DNA of 64,000 bases. Source: Lingula anatina. Its lineage: Eukaryota; Animalia; Brachiopoda. Below the pieces are notes generated by a model. It was not told where the DNA came from. It did no database searches and was given only the letters and a program-made list of their open reading frames with translations. Position numbers and translations under genes: made by a program. The stretch lies in NCBI GenBank assembly GCA_051362555.1, contig CM120644.1, forward strand, positions 15,460,534 to 15,524,533, in the 5' to 3' direction. Positions 1 to 13,996 of this stretch are shown here, piece by piece (the stretch's first letter is position 1; each line of letters starts with the position of its first letter).

Positions 1-1548
1 GATATCAAAAACAAGACACGAGGAAATAACAAAATTTTCAAATCTTTAATATTAATGGAGTCTATTTAATAGAGTTTTTAAAATTAATCTTCACTGAAAA
101 AGTCAACATTTGTTAATTTGTTAATTACATTTGTTAATTAGTTCATCAATCATCACTTTTGTATTGCAACTCTTTGAACCACACAACAATTCCTAAATGC
201 GACACATCAACAAAGCGCTTTTACCTCATTCAACGTAATCAATAATCTTACCATTAACCACTCGTTCAAACTCCAGTCCTGCTGTCACTATTAAAAACCT
301 ACTCTCTAACCCTTTATATCCAAGTATAACTTGTTTCCATATCTCTCTCGCAGCAATTTGAACGTCTACCTCTAAAAACGACTCGAAAAACACCCCGACT
401 GAGTTCATTATTTGTTTCTGTAATCAATGGTTTTGCCATTTAACGTGTGTTTACGCCCACCGTCAGCAAATTAGACTAATGCTTGCCTTGATCAATGCGA
501 CAGAGGCTGGTTGTGTAAAAGTCAGTCGATGAAGTGGCAATTAATGCTTAAGTGTCTGGCAAGCTATTGTTACAAAGTGAGCAAAAATTGAGTGCTTTGG
601 AACAGTGGCGTGATCAAGATTTTGCTAAAAAGGGGGGGGGGGGAGTTCATCGTTCAGCTGTCGAGAACACAATGCAACTTAAGTTGCCATGCAATGCGCA
701 GTGTTGATATTGGTTGGTTCAGTCCCACTTTACGAGTTATGGTGAATTGTTTTTATTTATCATCCATACATTTTGGTGGTGGTGGGGAGGGGAGCAAGGG
801 AAGGGGATAGTTTTGAGGCTAGGAAATAAACGAGCCGCTATTCAAACCCACCTCATCCCAATCCGCCATTATGGAAAGCCTTCACGCTTTAATTAGTTTT
901 TATGCTGTTTTTAGCAACATTTCAACTGTCAGACGAAAAATGTGTGGTCACTATCTTAGAGCAAATCGTACCAGCGTGTCAACTTAGCCAGCAGGTTCAC
1001 CTTATGATTGAATACGATTCAGCTTATGACTTCTCCACCCCACCCCTAACTTCCCTGAGACCAGTAGCTCAGCTTGAACCTCATTTTGTGCGTGTGCCTT
1101 TCCTGCAGATTCTTGGCAGGTTACAGTGTTGTTGCTACATGCTTCGTTCGATTTAACACGGAGCTAAAGGTTCTGAATTTGGCGCGATTTGCCACCGAAG
1201 GTTTACTTTAACGCGATATTTAACACGGCCGGCTGCTTTAACTAGCTGGAAAATATCCCAATCCAAACAATAAAGCCAGTTCACCAGTATACAAGCTTAA
1301 AATTACCCTTAAACCATCAAAAAACTTAAACTCAAGACATGTTTACTTTTATATAGAGTGACGTGAAGAAAAGTTAAACTTCACCCAGAAATAAAGATCT
1401 CTTGTTTTAACAAATGAATCACTGTGTTGCGCTGTGTTTTCAGCTGTGTGGGAATTGCGGCATATTACTGCAAGTACTCCGCAATATGCTTGCTGTCAGT
1501 TTTAATTATTGTTCGCTGAGGTAACAGTGGGCTTTTGAGTTTTTGAGA

Positions 1549-1552
<4 letters not shown>

Positions 1553-1596
<44 letters not shown>

Positions 1597-1607
1597 CGTG
1601 TATTGGG

Positions 1608-1663
<56 letters not shown>

Positions 1664-1672
1664 CGTGTATTG

Positions 1673-1707
<35 letters not shown>

Positions 1708-1735
1708 TGTGTGCGTGTGAGAGAGAGAGAGAAAG
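1553..1735. repeat. Compound (GA)n/(GT)n microsatellite with a duplicated aaggcgtgtattgggg spacer
   Basis: Directly visible. Confidence 0.95.
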
Positions 1736-3879
1736 AAAGCACAATCTTATTTAGTTAAAATACTACTGTTCCCAGATGCTACCGGTAATACATCAAAGCC
1801 TTTTTATTTCTGACTGAAATTGTGTGGAGAGGCAGAGAGTGGGCCGTCTGTTAACCGTACGAGTTAGCTGAAATGCTAGAGATCCATTACCCGCAGAAAC
1901 AAAATTTTCAACTTAAAATAGCCATTCTTTTGATGTGTGTTTATGCATGATTATTTGGTCATGGCTCTTCCATTCAGAGTTTTTATTTTGTCATAATAGA
2001 TCATGCATCACAGGCAAAATCAATATCTTAAAAAAGAGGAAATAAGTGATCTGTTAAGAGATTATTGCAAAAAAAAAAAAACTTTTTAAATGACTAGCTT
2101 TAAAAGTTGGAACGGATTCGTTATCCATTGGTAAGTACATGTATGAGAAAACTGTCGTTTGCCCCAGGAAAATCCTTTTTTTTTTTTTTTTAGGTCACAA
2201 TAAACAATTATTAATCTTTTAAAAGTGTAGGTCATCAGCAACAGTTCCCACACAGCTCATAACCTTTTTAGATCTTTACCAAGCTTTAATTTATTTAAAA
2301 GGGGAGTAAACGATTCCTTAATCTAGTTCTTTACCCATCAGCTGTATGTTTCTAAACACAAAATCTTAAGTTTCTAACCCTTACTACTTTTTATGAGCTT
2401 ATAACACAACAACGCTTTTACAGGATAACGGGTTTCCAATATTATATACTTAACAATTCATTGCCTAAGTAAATTTTCATCTCTCTTATCTTGGAGTGTG
2501 TGAAAAAAAACGGAGGTGGATGCTAAACTAATCTATCTCGCATAACAACTTCCCTGCTTTTCAACTTATTAAAAGTTGAAATTATCTTTATTCTTATCAA
2601 GTAATAAGCGAGGCCCCCTATCAGGATCTTGAGAAAAATCGCAGATAAATTTCTGGACAATTCTGAGCATATCTAAAAAGTCCACAGATAATGTCTTTGC
2701 TCAGAAATGACGTCAGCACCCAGTTGGTATCAGGCGGAGAGTCAATAACCGGAGTGAAATCCTAAGAGCTTACTTTAGATAGAAAAGCAATTTCCAATGT
2801 ATTTGTTCTCTTTTTTGGCCGAGTACTGTACGCATTTATAGTTGTGTCCCGAGATGGACAAGTATTGTAATGACCAGATGGTGTGACTTCACAATAAGAG
2901 TTTTCGATAAAAGACTATTTAACACTCAACTTTCTCTCTCTCTCTCTCTCTCTTTCGCACACAAAAACTCCCTCTATCTCTCTCCTTTTCTATCTATTAT
3001 TTACATTTTAAAGAATTAACTGTCGAAATGGTCATGTTCAACGGCTGCATACAAGCAGTATCGTATGATCAGAAAATAAAAATTGAGGTTAATCTGCGGA
3101 GAATGATTATTTGCATGAAACAAACATGCCCGAATAATACAAATATCCCGCTGAATGCGTCAGAATCTTATTTGAACGCATACACGCTGTTAAGTGGAGG
3201 TGAAATATCCCCAACAGAACACGAGTTGTGAAGATGGCAATTACATATTTCAAATGCGAATATTGTCACCTCGTATTGTCCAAAGAAAAGTATAAATACT
3301 GATTATAAAAAAAAAATCGACAGGGGTGCCTATACAATTCAATCTTATCAATAAATCTGTCTGTTTATTTATTCATTGATCTGTCTTATATGCTTATCTA
3401 TTTTTCATTCATCTATTTATCTTTTTATCCTTTTATTCATGCATTCACTTCTTCATTCAACAATTTCTATATTTATCCGCATTTCTATTTTGCATCGTGC
3501 TATTCCCTTCATCAGATTCTCCCACTTAATATGAAAAAATATCAAATAACAGCTTACATTAAGGAACCCATTTTGCACACTGAGCGCAAGGGAGGCCAAA
3601 AATAACGCTATCAATCACCCTTAACGACCCGAATTTCAACGTCTCAGACTGGGCTATTTATATCCGGTCTCCCCGATCCGTATCGACCTTGATTTATTGA
3701 ATCCACACCGCCTCCGTTAGACCAGAATAAATCTCTACAAAGGGGCGTATGTGTGACTAGTTGTACTGTTGGAGAGGGCAGCTTGCGGACAAGCTAGGAC
3801 AGCATTTAAGATCATTTAAGACCGATATTTAAAGTGATGACGTGCGTGTATGGTGTGATGTGAGCGCGTGGTAACGCAC

Positions 3880-3881
<2 letters not shown>

Positions 3882-3936
<55 letters not shown>
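3882..3936. repeat. (GT)n(GA)n microsatellite
   Basis: Directly visible. Confidence 0.95.
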
Positions 3937-4912
3937 CGTGGTTTCTTGCATGATGAATCTTTGCCTGCGTGCATGTGCGCGGGTGCTATAAATACACTCA
4001 CTTACATTCATTATACACTTCAAAACTCGTTTTGCCTTTGCATGTGCATGACGATAAAGGCATGCGATCACATGCACTATGTGAAAGGTAGAAATCGGAA
4101 TGTTGGAACCTCCTTGCAGACACACCCAACACGTTCGCCCATATCATATACGATTAATGTTACCACCGAACCTCTTCCACTTCATTCCTTAATATAGCCA
4201 CTAATTGGTGCTCTTTATAAATTGCCCGGCTCCTTCCATCTTTCCTCACCAAGAGATAGTTAACAAAGTGGAACGCTTATAAGTCTCTTGACCTTTGGTT
4301 TAAATGCCATGATCGACAATTTCTCCCGTCTTTACTTTTAATTCGGCAAAAGAGGGGAAAGGATGTTAGAGAATCGATAATTCCCGTATCATTGGGACAC
4401 TAAAGGAAAGACAACAGATGAACTGGATTTGTTGTTTTGACAGTTGCAGCAAGCACACGATGGCTAAAAAATATGTGAAATTAATCAACGTCTATTTTAT
4501 GTGCTTGATATATGCTTGAAAATTAGATTTAACATTGATGTTCTATGAAATAAAACATGTTCGGTCTTTTAAGGCAAGATAAGCAATGTCTGTCATCCCT
4601 TCAATTTGCGACAGGCCACACGAGTTTTATTCCTCGAAATCGAATCCTTTATTTAAGCGAAGATGATTTGGTATGGTATGGGGGTCGTTATATTGGCTCA
4701 GAGTTTAATGGTGAATCAATGTCGGAATTTCTACCGAACCTTTGTCCAAAATTGGATCAACAGCACAGCTGTCTTGTCAACGTTGGATGCATATCTGTTG
4801 AGCAACCGAAAATTCCAACCTATAGCTAGAAGAAACGTTCGATCAAATATGCATTTCTCTTGGGCAAGTTCTAAAAAACAGCACCGCTGACTTTTGCCGC
4901 TCTCTTGTGTTA

Positions 4913-5106
4913 GGGCACATTCACAACTTAAGTTGATCCACAGACTAACAGATCCAATATGGCCGAATAAAACATGGCCGACCCACTTAAAGGCTTACCG
5001 CATAATTCCAGTGGGGAATCTTTTCAATATCTATTAAGGGATGCGGCAAGCTTTCAAGTGGGTCGGCCATATTTGATCCGCGGACCAACTTGCTCTGAAT
5101 GCGCCT
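4913..5106. mobile_element. Harbinger-like MITE (family H2)
   Basis: TIR gggcacattca / tgaatgcgcc with TTA/TAA flanks. The internal aatatggccga...tcggccatatt motif is shared with 20814 and 22157. Confidence 0.65.
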
Positions 5107-5710
5107 AAGAAATCAAATCTAATTAAATAACCCGCAGGGTTAGTTATTAATATCGTACTTTATTTCTTTTCGGAAATCTAAATCCTAATCCTGGTTACAT
5201 AGCGGGTTTTCCTGGCTTAAATGAATAGCGGCATTCTTTTTCTGAGAAATCATGACGGTAATGACAACAAAAATAAATGCCTAAAAATGATTGTGAAAAG
5301 CTTGTCTGAAATCAATGCTTACATAATTCGCAGTAGCGTCTCGAATTATCGATTTTCCAATTTAAAAGTCATTTTAAGTAAATGCACATATCCCATTTGC
5401 GTTAGTCATAAAATTTGTTTGATTAATTGGAGTATTTCTCATTATATAAAGTATTTTTTAAATATTTCGCACGTAATGACTGTGTCACATATGATATTTC
5501 ATAAATTATAATTACCTGACTGTTTCTTATACTTTTACCAGCATAGGTTATTGACATAGAAAACCACAAATTGTGGTTTTCTATTTTTTTTTTCTTAGTA
5601 TCAAATCGGGGTCATCAGACTTTTTGGTGTACAAAAATACATCCTGTGTTATAAACCGGTGTGACAGGAATGGTAGTCAGCTAGAAATTGTAGTCCGTTC
5701 CCCATTACTT

Positions 5711-5894
5711 CTCTCTCTCTTTCTATCTCTCTCTCTCTCTCTCTCTTGATCCCCTTAAAAACCGTGATACCAGGATTTTGTTTTCATTTAAGACCGTGTC
5801 TTGATAAGTCGTCTTACCTGTGATAGCCATGCAGATTCCTACTCCCACACGCTATTTCCAGAACTTCACTGAATTTTCTAAGTGGGTCGGACTA
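5711..5894. repeat. Dispersed duplicate of 9655-9801, flanked by 33-bp direct repeats
   Basis: (CT)n-ccttaaaaacc...ccagaacttcac occurs at both sites. cagctagaaa(t/c)tgtagtccgttccccattactt occurs at 5678-5710 and 5895-5927. Confidence 0.75.
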
Positions 5895-6127
5895 CAGCTA
5901 GAAACTGTAGTCCGTTCCCCATTACTTTGCAAAGGTGCCATTCGTCCCATGTACTAACCCCAATATTCTAAATACCCCTAACCTGTACTGACCATATGGG
6001 GCCCGGACTTCCACTCCTGTCACACCGGCCAAGAAGTTGTAAACGGTACAACTTCTTGCACCGGCTATCGACGAGCTGACCACAGGTCGTCCACCCATGT
6101 ACATCAGTGACTGACAAGCAGTAGTCT

Positions 6128-6276
6128 CAGGCCCATAGCCAACAGTTTCAAAAGGGGGGTTCTTTTTCTGAAAAAGTGGACCTTTTACAATGAAACCTTC
6201 GTGTACCAAGGGGGACCTTTTCCCGGAAAATTGTGGAATTTTTCGAACCCCTGAACCCCATTGGCTATGGGCCTGC
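6128..6276. mobile_element. MITE with caggccc(a/g)tagcc TIRs
   Basis: The internal aaggggggttctttttctgaaaaagtggacc is shared with 21957-22126 and 31165-31362. Confidence 0.7.
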
Positions 6277-6440
6277 AGCCATAATTTTTCATTGTGTCTT
6301 TACTGTCTGTCCTACTTATTCTTCAACTGACAACCCCCCCCCCCCTCTCTATCTCGCGCATCGCCATATCCGACAATACAGACCAAATGCCTATGCAGAA
6401 TCTATGAATTTCTACAGGATTACTGTTGATAATCATATTA

Positions 6441-6648
6441 GACCCCATTCCCAGAGATTAGATCCAACTAGATCGACCTAACTCCCTGGGGGTTCACGCT
6501 AAATAGCTTTCAGCCGAGCGGGCACGAAAGTTTATTACCCCCTTACAGCTTGTAGTAGGCGGGACGGACAATTAAGCCGGATTATCTGACAGTAATCTAG
6601 TGAGATTCCCCATAGATAGATCGATCTAAAATCTATGGGAATGCGCCC
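6441..6648. mobile_element. PIF/Harbinger-like palindromic MITE (family H1)
   Basis: tta|gaccccattccca...tgggaatgcgccc|tta with a 3-bp TSD. Related copies lie at 17321, 24536, 24797 and 31434. Confidence 0.7.
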
Positions 6649-6670
6649 TTAGTGTTTTATTATCCACCCC

Positions 6671-6672
<2 letters not shown>

Positions 6673-6730
<58 letters not shown>
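6673..6730. repeat. (AC)n microsatellite
   Basis: Directly visible. Confidence 0.95.
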
Positions 6731-6732
<2 letters not shown>

Positions 6733-9652
6733 TTTCGGTTTTGAAACAAGGACAATTTAGGTAGTCGATACAAAGTTATTACAGGATATTAGTTGCGGTT
6801 AAGGCGTAAAATACACAAAACCCAGCTACACTTTTAAAGAGGATGTTAAGGTTTTGAAACCAAGCTTTTTTTTTTCTTTTATGCTCTATGTCTTTAAAGG
6901 GGATGGGACATGACTTGTTTGGCGTGAATAAAGTGCATGAAATCGCATCACTAAAATATCTGTCACTCTTCATAATATATAAATCTCTTTCAAACCTAGC
7001 TTTCATTATTAGTTCAACTTCGGAACATGAGAACTCTTGAAGCACCATCTCTTTGTGATACTTTTCATTTCCTGACTCTCTTACCAGAGACACGCTGGGA
7101 AATGACGTCATTTCCGCCGCCGCCCCCCCCCCAAAAAAAAAAAAAAGAAAGAAAGAAAAAGAAAAGAAAAGAAAAAAATAAAAAAAGTCACAGAAGAGAA
7201 TGAGGAAAGTATTAGCCAGAGACAAATCTGCGAATATCCAGTGAAAAACGTCACTGTGGCCCTGGTCCTTGTAGTGACTCTATAGTGGGCATCATTCCAC
7301 GTTGTAGGACTATTTATTGTCATCTTCGTCGTAACTCTTATTTCATTGGCACTTATTGAAATGCCAAAATACAACACGAAATTTATCGTTCTGTCTATTA
7401 ATCAATTTCAGAAATTTAGGACTAAAAACTAGGAAATGTTTTAGCTAATCTTGATCAAATCCAAATCTTCATGTGTTGTAAGCAAACTGTTCTCTGTTAG
7501 AAAGAAATATATTATTCAAGTACTACCTTGTAAAATGTGTGCCCCTAATAGAAAAAAGATATGCTTTTACTGCAGTACTAAGGAGTAAGAATGTAATACG
7601 TTGCAAAATAAAAGTTTTCTATTTAAAATAAAGGGCAGTTATAAAATAGAACATTTTAGTAGGCGTATTTAATTAAACAAAAAAGACGCTTAACTTGTCT
7701 TTGTGTAATAAAACATCTTACTAATCTAAACAGTATTGAGTCGTTTTAAAGATTGAAAATACAGGTACGCTAAATAATTTCAGTGTTTAAAGAAAGGGGG
7801 TAGTTTTGTGCATGTGAATTTACCATACATTATGTAATTACGTGTATATTTTCTTTGATAAGGAGCATACTAGGTATGCTTTTTTGTTTACATATTTTAT
7901 TTCATTCTTATCTATATTTTCATTTATTCCTTTAACCACTTATTTATTATATCAACATAGAGCGAGTTTTTTAATTGAAAACTTTCAACGGCCCCAATCT
8001 GCTTAATGCAATACATTTCAACTTGGTCATTAAAAAAACCGAACTGCAAAGAATTAGGTAGGCCTAGATGGAGGGGATTTAGTAACGACAAGGAGCAAAA
8101 TTAAAAACCTGATCAGGAAAACATTTACACATGTAAGGACACCGCCATATTTTGAGTGTATAAATAGGGTGAAGTTAACGGCGAGCATTAAAGGTGTCGT
8201 AAGTGAAAGCAATCTGTCCCGTGGAGTGTCTTGCGCCATAGTTCGCCCCCTACGTCTTTAAAGAAATTGCAAATTTTAAAGGTCAAAACATTTAATTTAA
8301 CGAATTCTGGGTTTAATGATGAAAAGGGCATATGAATGTTGCGTTGCGTAATAAGTTAACTGGACGAGGGCCAAATATAGCCACCATGCGCTACGTTTGA
8401 TAAGACCGACATTTGATCCCATTTGAAAGAAAATGATTCAAAACGAAAATGCCGGAAGTTGAAGTGTCTTTAATTTAGAAAAGACTTGACCTCGTTGTGC
8501 ACAGTATAGAACAGCATTCGTGTAATAGCGGTATGATTTTCGTTTTAATCTATTTGAACCGACTGTGAGAGGTGACCGGTGAAGGTAGTTTTGTAATTGA
8601 GTTGTTTATTTGAGAAAAATAACAAGATATGTAACTCGGAACATAATTTAATAATTTGTGATTGCGCTGTGTACCCGTTTCCACACGAATAGCTATCATT
8701 CTGCGTCACACTTGCGTGTGTAAATCCTGCCAAACAGCTGTGCATGTTGTCGATTCACGCCCGCGTCAAATATTCGCGTGTTACTGGTTGCAAAACAGCC
8801 GTGAGCGCTGTTGTCTTCGCTTTTTAACACGGAAAATCATTTCAGCCTGCGTCAAACTTTCGGGCGTTACTGGCTATCTGGCAATCAACTGCGAGTGCAA
8901 GCGCTGACCTCTTCGCTATTATAAAGAAATGTGGTTTCAGTCTGCGTCAACTTCACGTGCAAAATTGCCCGAAAAACATCTACGAGTGCTTGTCTCCTGC
9001 GACACATTTTAAGCCATCTGTCACCTGCGACATGACTTGTTTGAGCCCCAGTAGAAAAGCATCACGATCTGCCAGACAATTACTTCGGAGGTCATTAACT
9101 GAGTAAAATTTTAGAACCTTTTAGTAAATTAAGCTCTTTGCAACATGCACAGCACGCTGAAACATAAGAGAACCTATACCTACCCAACTACCTACCTGTA
9201 CCTAACTTCCTAACTACTTACTCACAGACTACTGAAGTAACTATTTAACTAAAGAGTTAACTTGACAACTAACAGGCTAACGACTGACAGGTAGATTTAA
9301 CAGACTGTTGATTAATAGCTTTGCTGTCCTGCTGAAATGCTAAGGTCAGGTTAAATTCAAGTTCAGGTTAAAACTTTTGCTCCCGGTCACCGTTCATTTT
9401 AGTTATTCAAGTTGCTACTTTCCAAGGCATTTATACTTGTGACAATTTATGATTTAGCCCGTCATCGATAAATATTCAAACATGATCCGGATTGCCCTAC
9501 AGTGACTTGTCACCGACTTGTGAGCTTGTGGGTAAATGATTCACGAGATATGGGAGGGGAGTTCTCAGTAAATTCACTTTAAAAAAAGAATGACAGTGAC
9601 GTTTTGTGACAGCAGCCTTCTGAGTAAAAACGACAGCATGAGCCCCAAGTGT

Positions 9653-9687
<35 letters not shown>

Positions 9688-10914
9688 TAAAAACCTTGAC
9701 ACCAGGATTTTGTTTTCATTTAAGACCGTGTCTTGATAAGTCGTCTTACCTGAGATAGCCATGCAGACTCCAACTCCCACACGCTATTTCCAGAACTTCA
9801 CCAAATTTTGCACCGATTCTCCGGCGGATCCTCACCACGCAACTAAAACAGGTTGACCGAAATTTCTACTGACTAAAATTGGCTAGGAATTCCGATGCAA
9901 TGTCACAAGTCCTAGTAGCTTGTAGACCCATCTGTCAACTACGCCGAAATGTCCATTAGTACTTGTAGTAAGTTGTCTAATCGCGCGGTGAGAAAGTATC
10001 TGACACACATACTAATTATAAACCGAAACTGTCCCCAGTCTGTGTCTGAATAAATCGACAGTGAAAGCTTCGCTGACACCGTCTCAGAAACCTCTTCCGG
10101 CTTCGGGTGTGCGCTTGCTCTCACATATATACAAACGTGAGCAGGCTTAATTACGATATCACACAGTAAAATTTCTTCACGATCTTATTATATTGAAGTT
10201 CCCAGTGCTGTATTGAGTACTGGATCAATTACATTAGCCCGTAACGCCTCGACGACATTGTTAAGTTGTTTTCACCGTCGGTGTGGAAGGATTTGTAAAT
10301 CACTGCACCGGTAATATTTTGGGGGCGACGAGACACGTGTCGTCCTCGGCGTCGCGTTACATTAAAGCGCTTGTTAACTCCCTAGTATAAATGTCGTATC
10401 ATATCTTAACTTAGTCGATATCGGTTCTGTTTTGCTCACCACTGGTAAAACCTGCAAAACCTCCAAATTGTAAATCGCCGTATCAGTGATTTACACGCTC
10501 CCGCATTCCTTCTCTTTTCTCGCTACTTTTAAGTCGACGAGTATATCGTTGAGTATGTTACTGTTTACTTTTCTTCTCAACTCGGTTTGCGCAGCAGGTG
10601 CATATGCATGTATATGTCCTTATCAGGGCTGATATTTAGCAGCAAATATTATTTCAAAGCTACAGGTAGATGTTTTTATGTACAGTACACTTTTTAGTCT
10701 TTTTACTGGATAAAGTCCGTCCTGTTCTAATCGGATACTGAGTGACTAATGGCTGATTTATAAACCGCAGTTTATTTCTAGTTGTTGATAATGCGGTGCC
10801 TGGTTAAATAAATATCACGTATCTAAATCCCACTTGAACAAAAATGAAATTCAATATATTACGTTTTATAGATAGTGACAATACACTTATGAAGCAAGGG
10901 CGGAAGGGGGGTTG

Positions 10915-11172
10915 CAGTGTCGGATTTAGAGGGGGGGGTCAGGGGGATCCTGACCCCCCCCCCCTTTGATTCCTGGTCCCCTCATGTAATTAGAATGTTG
11001 ACTAGCTAAATCATAGTTCTAAACCTTACCAAATGACACCGTTTGCCCTCTAAAATACAAAAAAAAAAATTTGGGACCATGCAGCGGGCCCCGAACCCCA
11101 CGACAAGGGGAGGGTCAGCTTCGTATCCGTGGACCCCCCCCCCCCCTTGAAATAATCCTGGATCCGCCCCTA
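10915..11172. mobile_element. MITE with cag(t/g)ggcggat-type TIRs and 5-bp TSD GGTTG
   Basis: ggttg|cagtgtcggatttag...ggatccgccccta|ggttg. Homologous to 54155-54640. Confidence 0.75.
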
Positions 11173-13218
11173 GGTTGGGGTGTTCACGACGGGCATGTGC
11201 CCTTCTCAAAGCCTCTGGAAAAATCTCTTCTCCCCCCCTTTCTCAGTCCGTAAGTCATGGTTAGTGGTAAGGCGGTTCTTGTTCAGCGTTTAACTTTGTG
11301 CTTTTCTCTCTGAACAGAAATACTGTGAACTAATAAGTACGGCCGAGCGTTATTCTTCTGTCTTACCTGCAAAGAAGAATCTCCCCTCCTCTCTTGGACT
11401 AGTCTTCTAAATCCTAGTAGATTTTCCTAGCTTTAAGAAACCTTGTTATCGGCGTGGTCCGGGTTATATATCATGGAATCTATAGCGACACACTTGTCGT
11501 CTTGTTTGGGCTCGTTTTTCGTGGAATTCTTTTAAACAGGCTTGTCATTTTGTTGTCTTTTGTGCCCTGTGGGAAATTTACCGCAGCGATCATTTCTGCT
11601 ATCCGGGTGGGTTCTTGCGGCTTGGTCTGCGTATTGTCAAACGTTATCCAGAGAGGAGGAGAAGGTTTATGTGAACGTATTTCGCTCAAATAAGGTTTTC
11701 GCTACTTCAAGCAGGACCGTCAATTTCCAGCTGAGCCCATAATATCCAGATGCCCGACAGAAGCAGACTTCTGGATGCTCGTTCCGTATGGCATTTTACA
11801 GTGATATCTCCCAGCGCCTTTAACTCCTAACTTCCAGGGGCGCACCTCTACCTAGCTACATTTACCAAATGCTGCAGTGAAGTTGGCCTTCAAAGTTGAA
11901 GGTGATGTTATGGCTTGTCCACGACAAACTTCAACAATCCTGATTTTCTTCCTTTTCTTTTAACCTGCAGCGAAGATTCAGTCTTCTTGTTACGTTTAGG
12001 AAACGGTGGCCATTTTCGCCGTAGGGTCTTACAGGTCGGGACCTTTGGCTTATTTTTCTCTTTTTATTTCATGTATTGCAAATGCTTTTGACAGATGACA
12101 GTTGACTTTGGCCCAAAAAAAAAAAAAAAAAATTTGAATGTCCATAAATAAAGCTGAGTGTAGAGTTTTAAAGTGTTCAGTGTCACGTTATCATGACCTG
12201 TTTATGGTCATGGTCTGAAATTGTTACGTGGGCGCATTAAAGGGACCATTAGCAATGAGTGTTATGACCTCGCCTGACCTAGCTAATGTGCACTAACTTC
12301 GAGGTGAATCTCGCCGAATGCAATCAGATTAACAATTTAACACGCCTTCTCTTGGCATTGAGTAGAATATAGTAAAAACTCGTGATTATATAAGTACGTT
12401 GAAACAGCAGGGGGCATGGTAGTCTGTTACTCTGATTGTGTTCAGCGAGAATCCCCGTGGAGCTAGTGTCCGTAAGCTAGTTCGACAGAATACATTGTGA
12501 ACGGTCCCAAAGAAACGGTTTGCTTGAGTGTAACTAGGAAAGGCAAAACTTCCTATGGTGTTTGTGACAGGCAATATCACCACCTTTCTAGCCTCACTCT
12601 ATTAAATTCTAAAGAAATAAAATATACTCTAATTACTTGCGAATGATTTCGCAAGTTAATTCTTCACTTGGCGATTTTGGGGCAGAAGTTGGTTATGCGG
12701 GCAGGCTGCCTTGTTTGATGTTGGTTTTTTTTCAGTTTTTTTTTTCATTTTAAATGTGCATGGAAATAAAATAAATACTAAGCAGTGTGAAGACCTTGTT
12801 ACCTACAAATGACACAATATCCTTCAGAGGAACAAGTTCATTTTTGATCTTTATAAAAGGAGCACAATAAAGAGGTAATGTAAAAACAGAAACATCACAA
12901 CACTTCAAAAACGCATGGCTTTTCTGAACCAACTGCAGACTATAAAAGATATTACACGGGTTTCAACATAAGTAACGCTGTATAAACCAAAATATTTACC
13001 GTCATCAATTAGGCCACAGCTCACACTTTAGCCGTTAATGGAATTTGTATTGTTCTTATTGATGAACAGTATTGACTGCGAGGACAAGCATTCTACACAG
13101 GGGTTTGTGCATATTTACTCTCCAGCGGGGGCGCTGGCACCCTGAGTTCACAGGACTGGTAAGGTAATGGACTTCACTCGAATTGAATTCCTCACTGCTT
13201 TTACTGCTATACCCCCCC

Positions 13219-13245
13219 CCACACACACACACACACACCGGCGCG

Positions 13246-13297
<52 letters not shown>
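13219..13297. repeat. (CA)n(GC)n(CA)n alternating purine-pyrimidine tract
   Basis: Directly visible. Confidence 0.9.
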
Positions 13298-13298
<1 letters not shown>

Positions 13299-13996
13299 CT
13301 TCTCTACCTGGGTGTGATTGCCTCGACATACCTCACCCTCTGTCCTAGGGGCTTGATCATATTTGAATTTCTTTTATCAAAACTCGAATATATATGTATG
13401 AATCAGAAGACCGTGTCCGATTAGCTTAAACGGTCACGGAAGTAGGCCTACTAGTACACTGTAGATCCATCTGATTATGAGTCAGCTCATCAAAAACCTT
13501 CCTCGTTCATCCAGCTTTATCTGGACGTTTCATTTCTCCATTAGGTGATAGTACATTTTACAAGAACTATTAAGCTGCCATTCTCTCATATTTAACTACG
13601 ACCTCATAATATATAATTGAAATGATCTTACAACATTAAAGACTGATATGATTTGTTTTGGTAGGTTTGTAAAAGTACACCCCCTTCTCAAAGCGTGATG
13701 ACATATTAGGACTATCGGAACAGTGAGATAAGAGAAAATTGTACTATTCCACGTAAAACCTCAGAGAACCAATGCATTCTATAACTACATTACAAACTCT
13801 ACAATAACAACCTTTAAATAGATTTATACAAGACTGAATAGCAAAAAACAAAACTCATGATGAATACTGCAGCTGCACAGTGGATAGAAAAGAAAGTGAA
13901 ATTATGTCAAAATTTTACATAATTTTGAAGTAGTATTCAAGGACCCGGTAGGCGTCGTGGGGAAGAGTGTGCTGGGAATCAGTCAGTTCTTTGTAA

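Noticed and set aside
9749-9830. VLEIACGS resembling SAM-methyltransferase motif I on the minus strand
   Set aside because: The following glycine is missing (W or R instead), and no compatible flanking exons were found.
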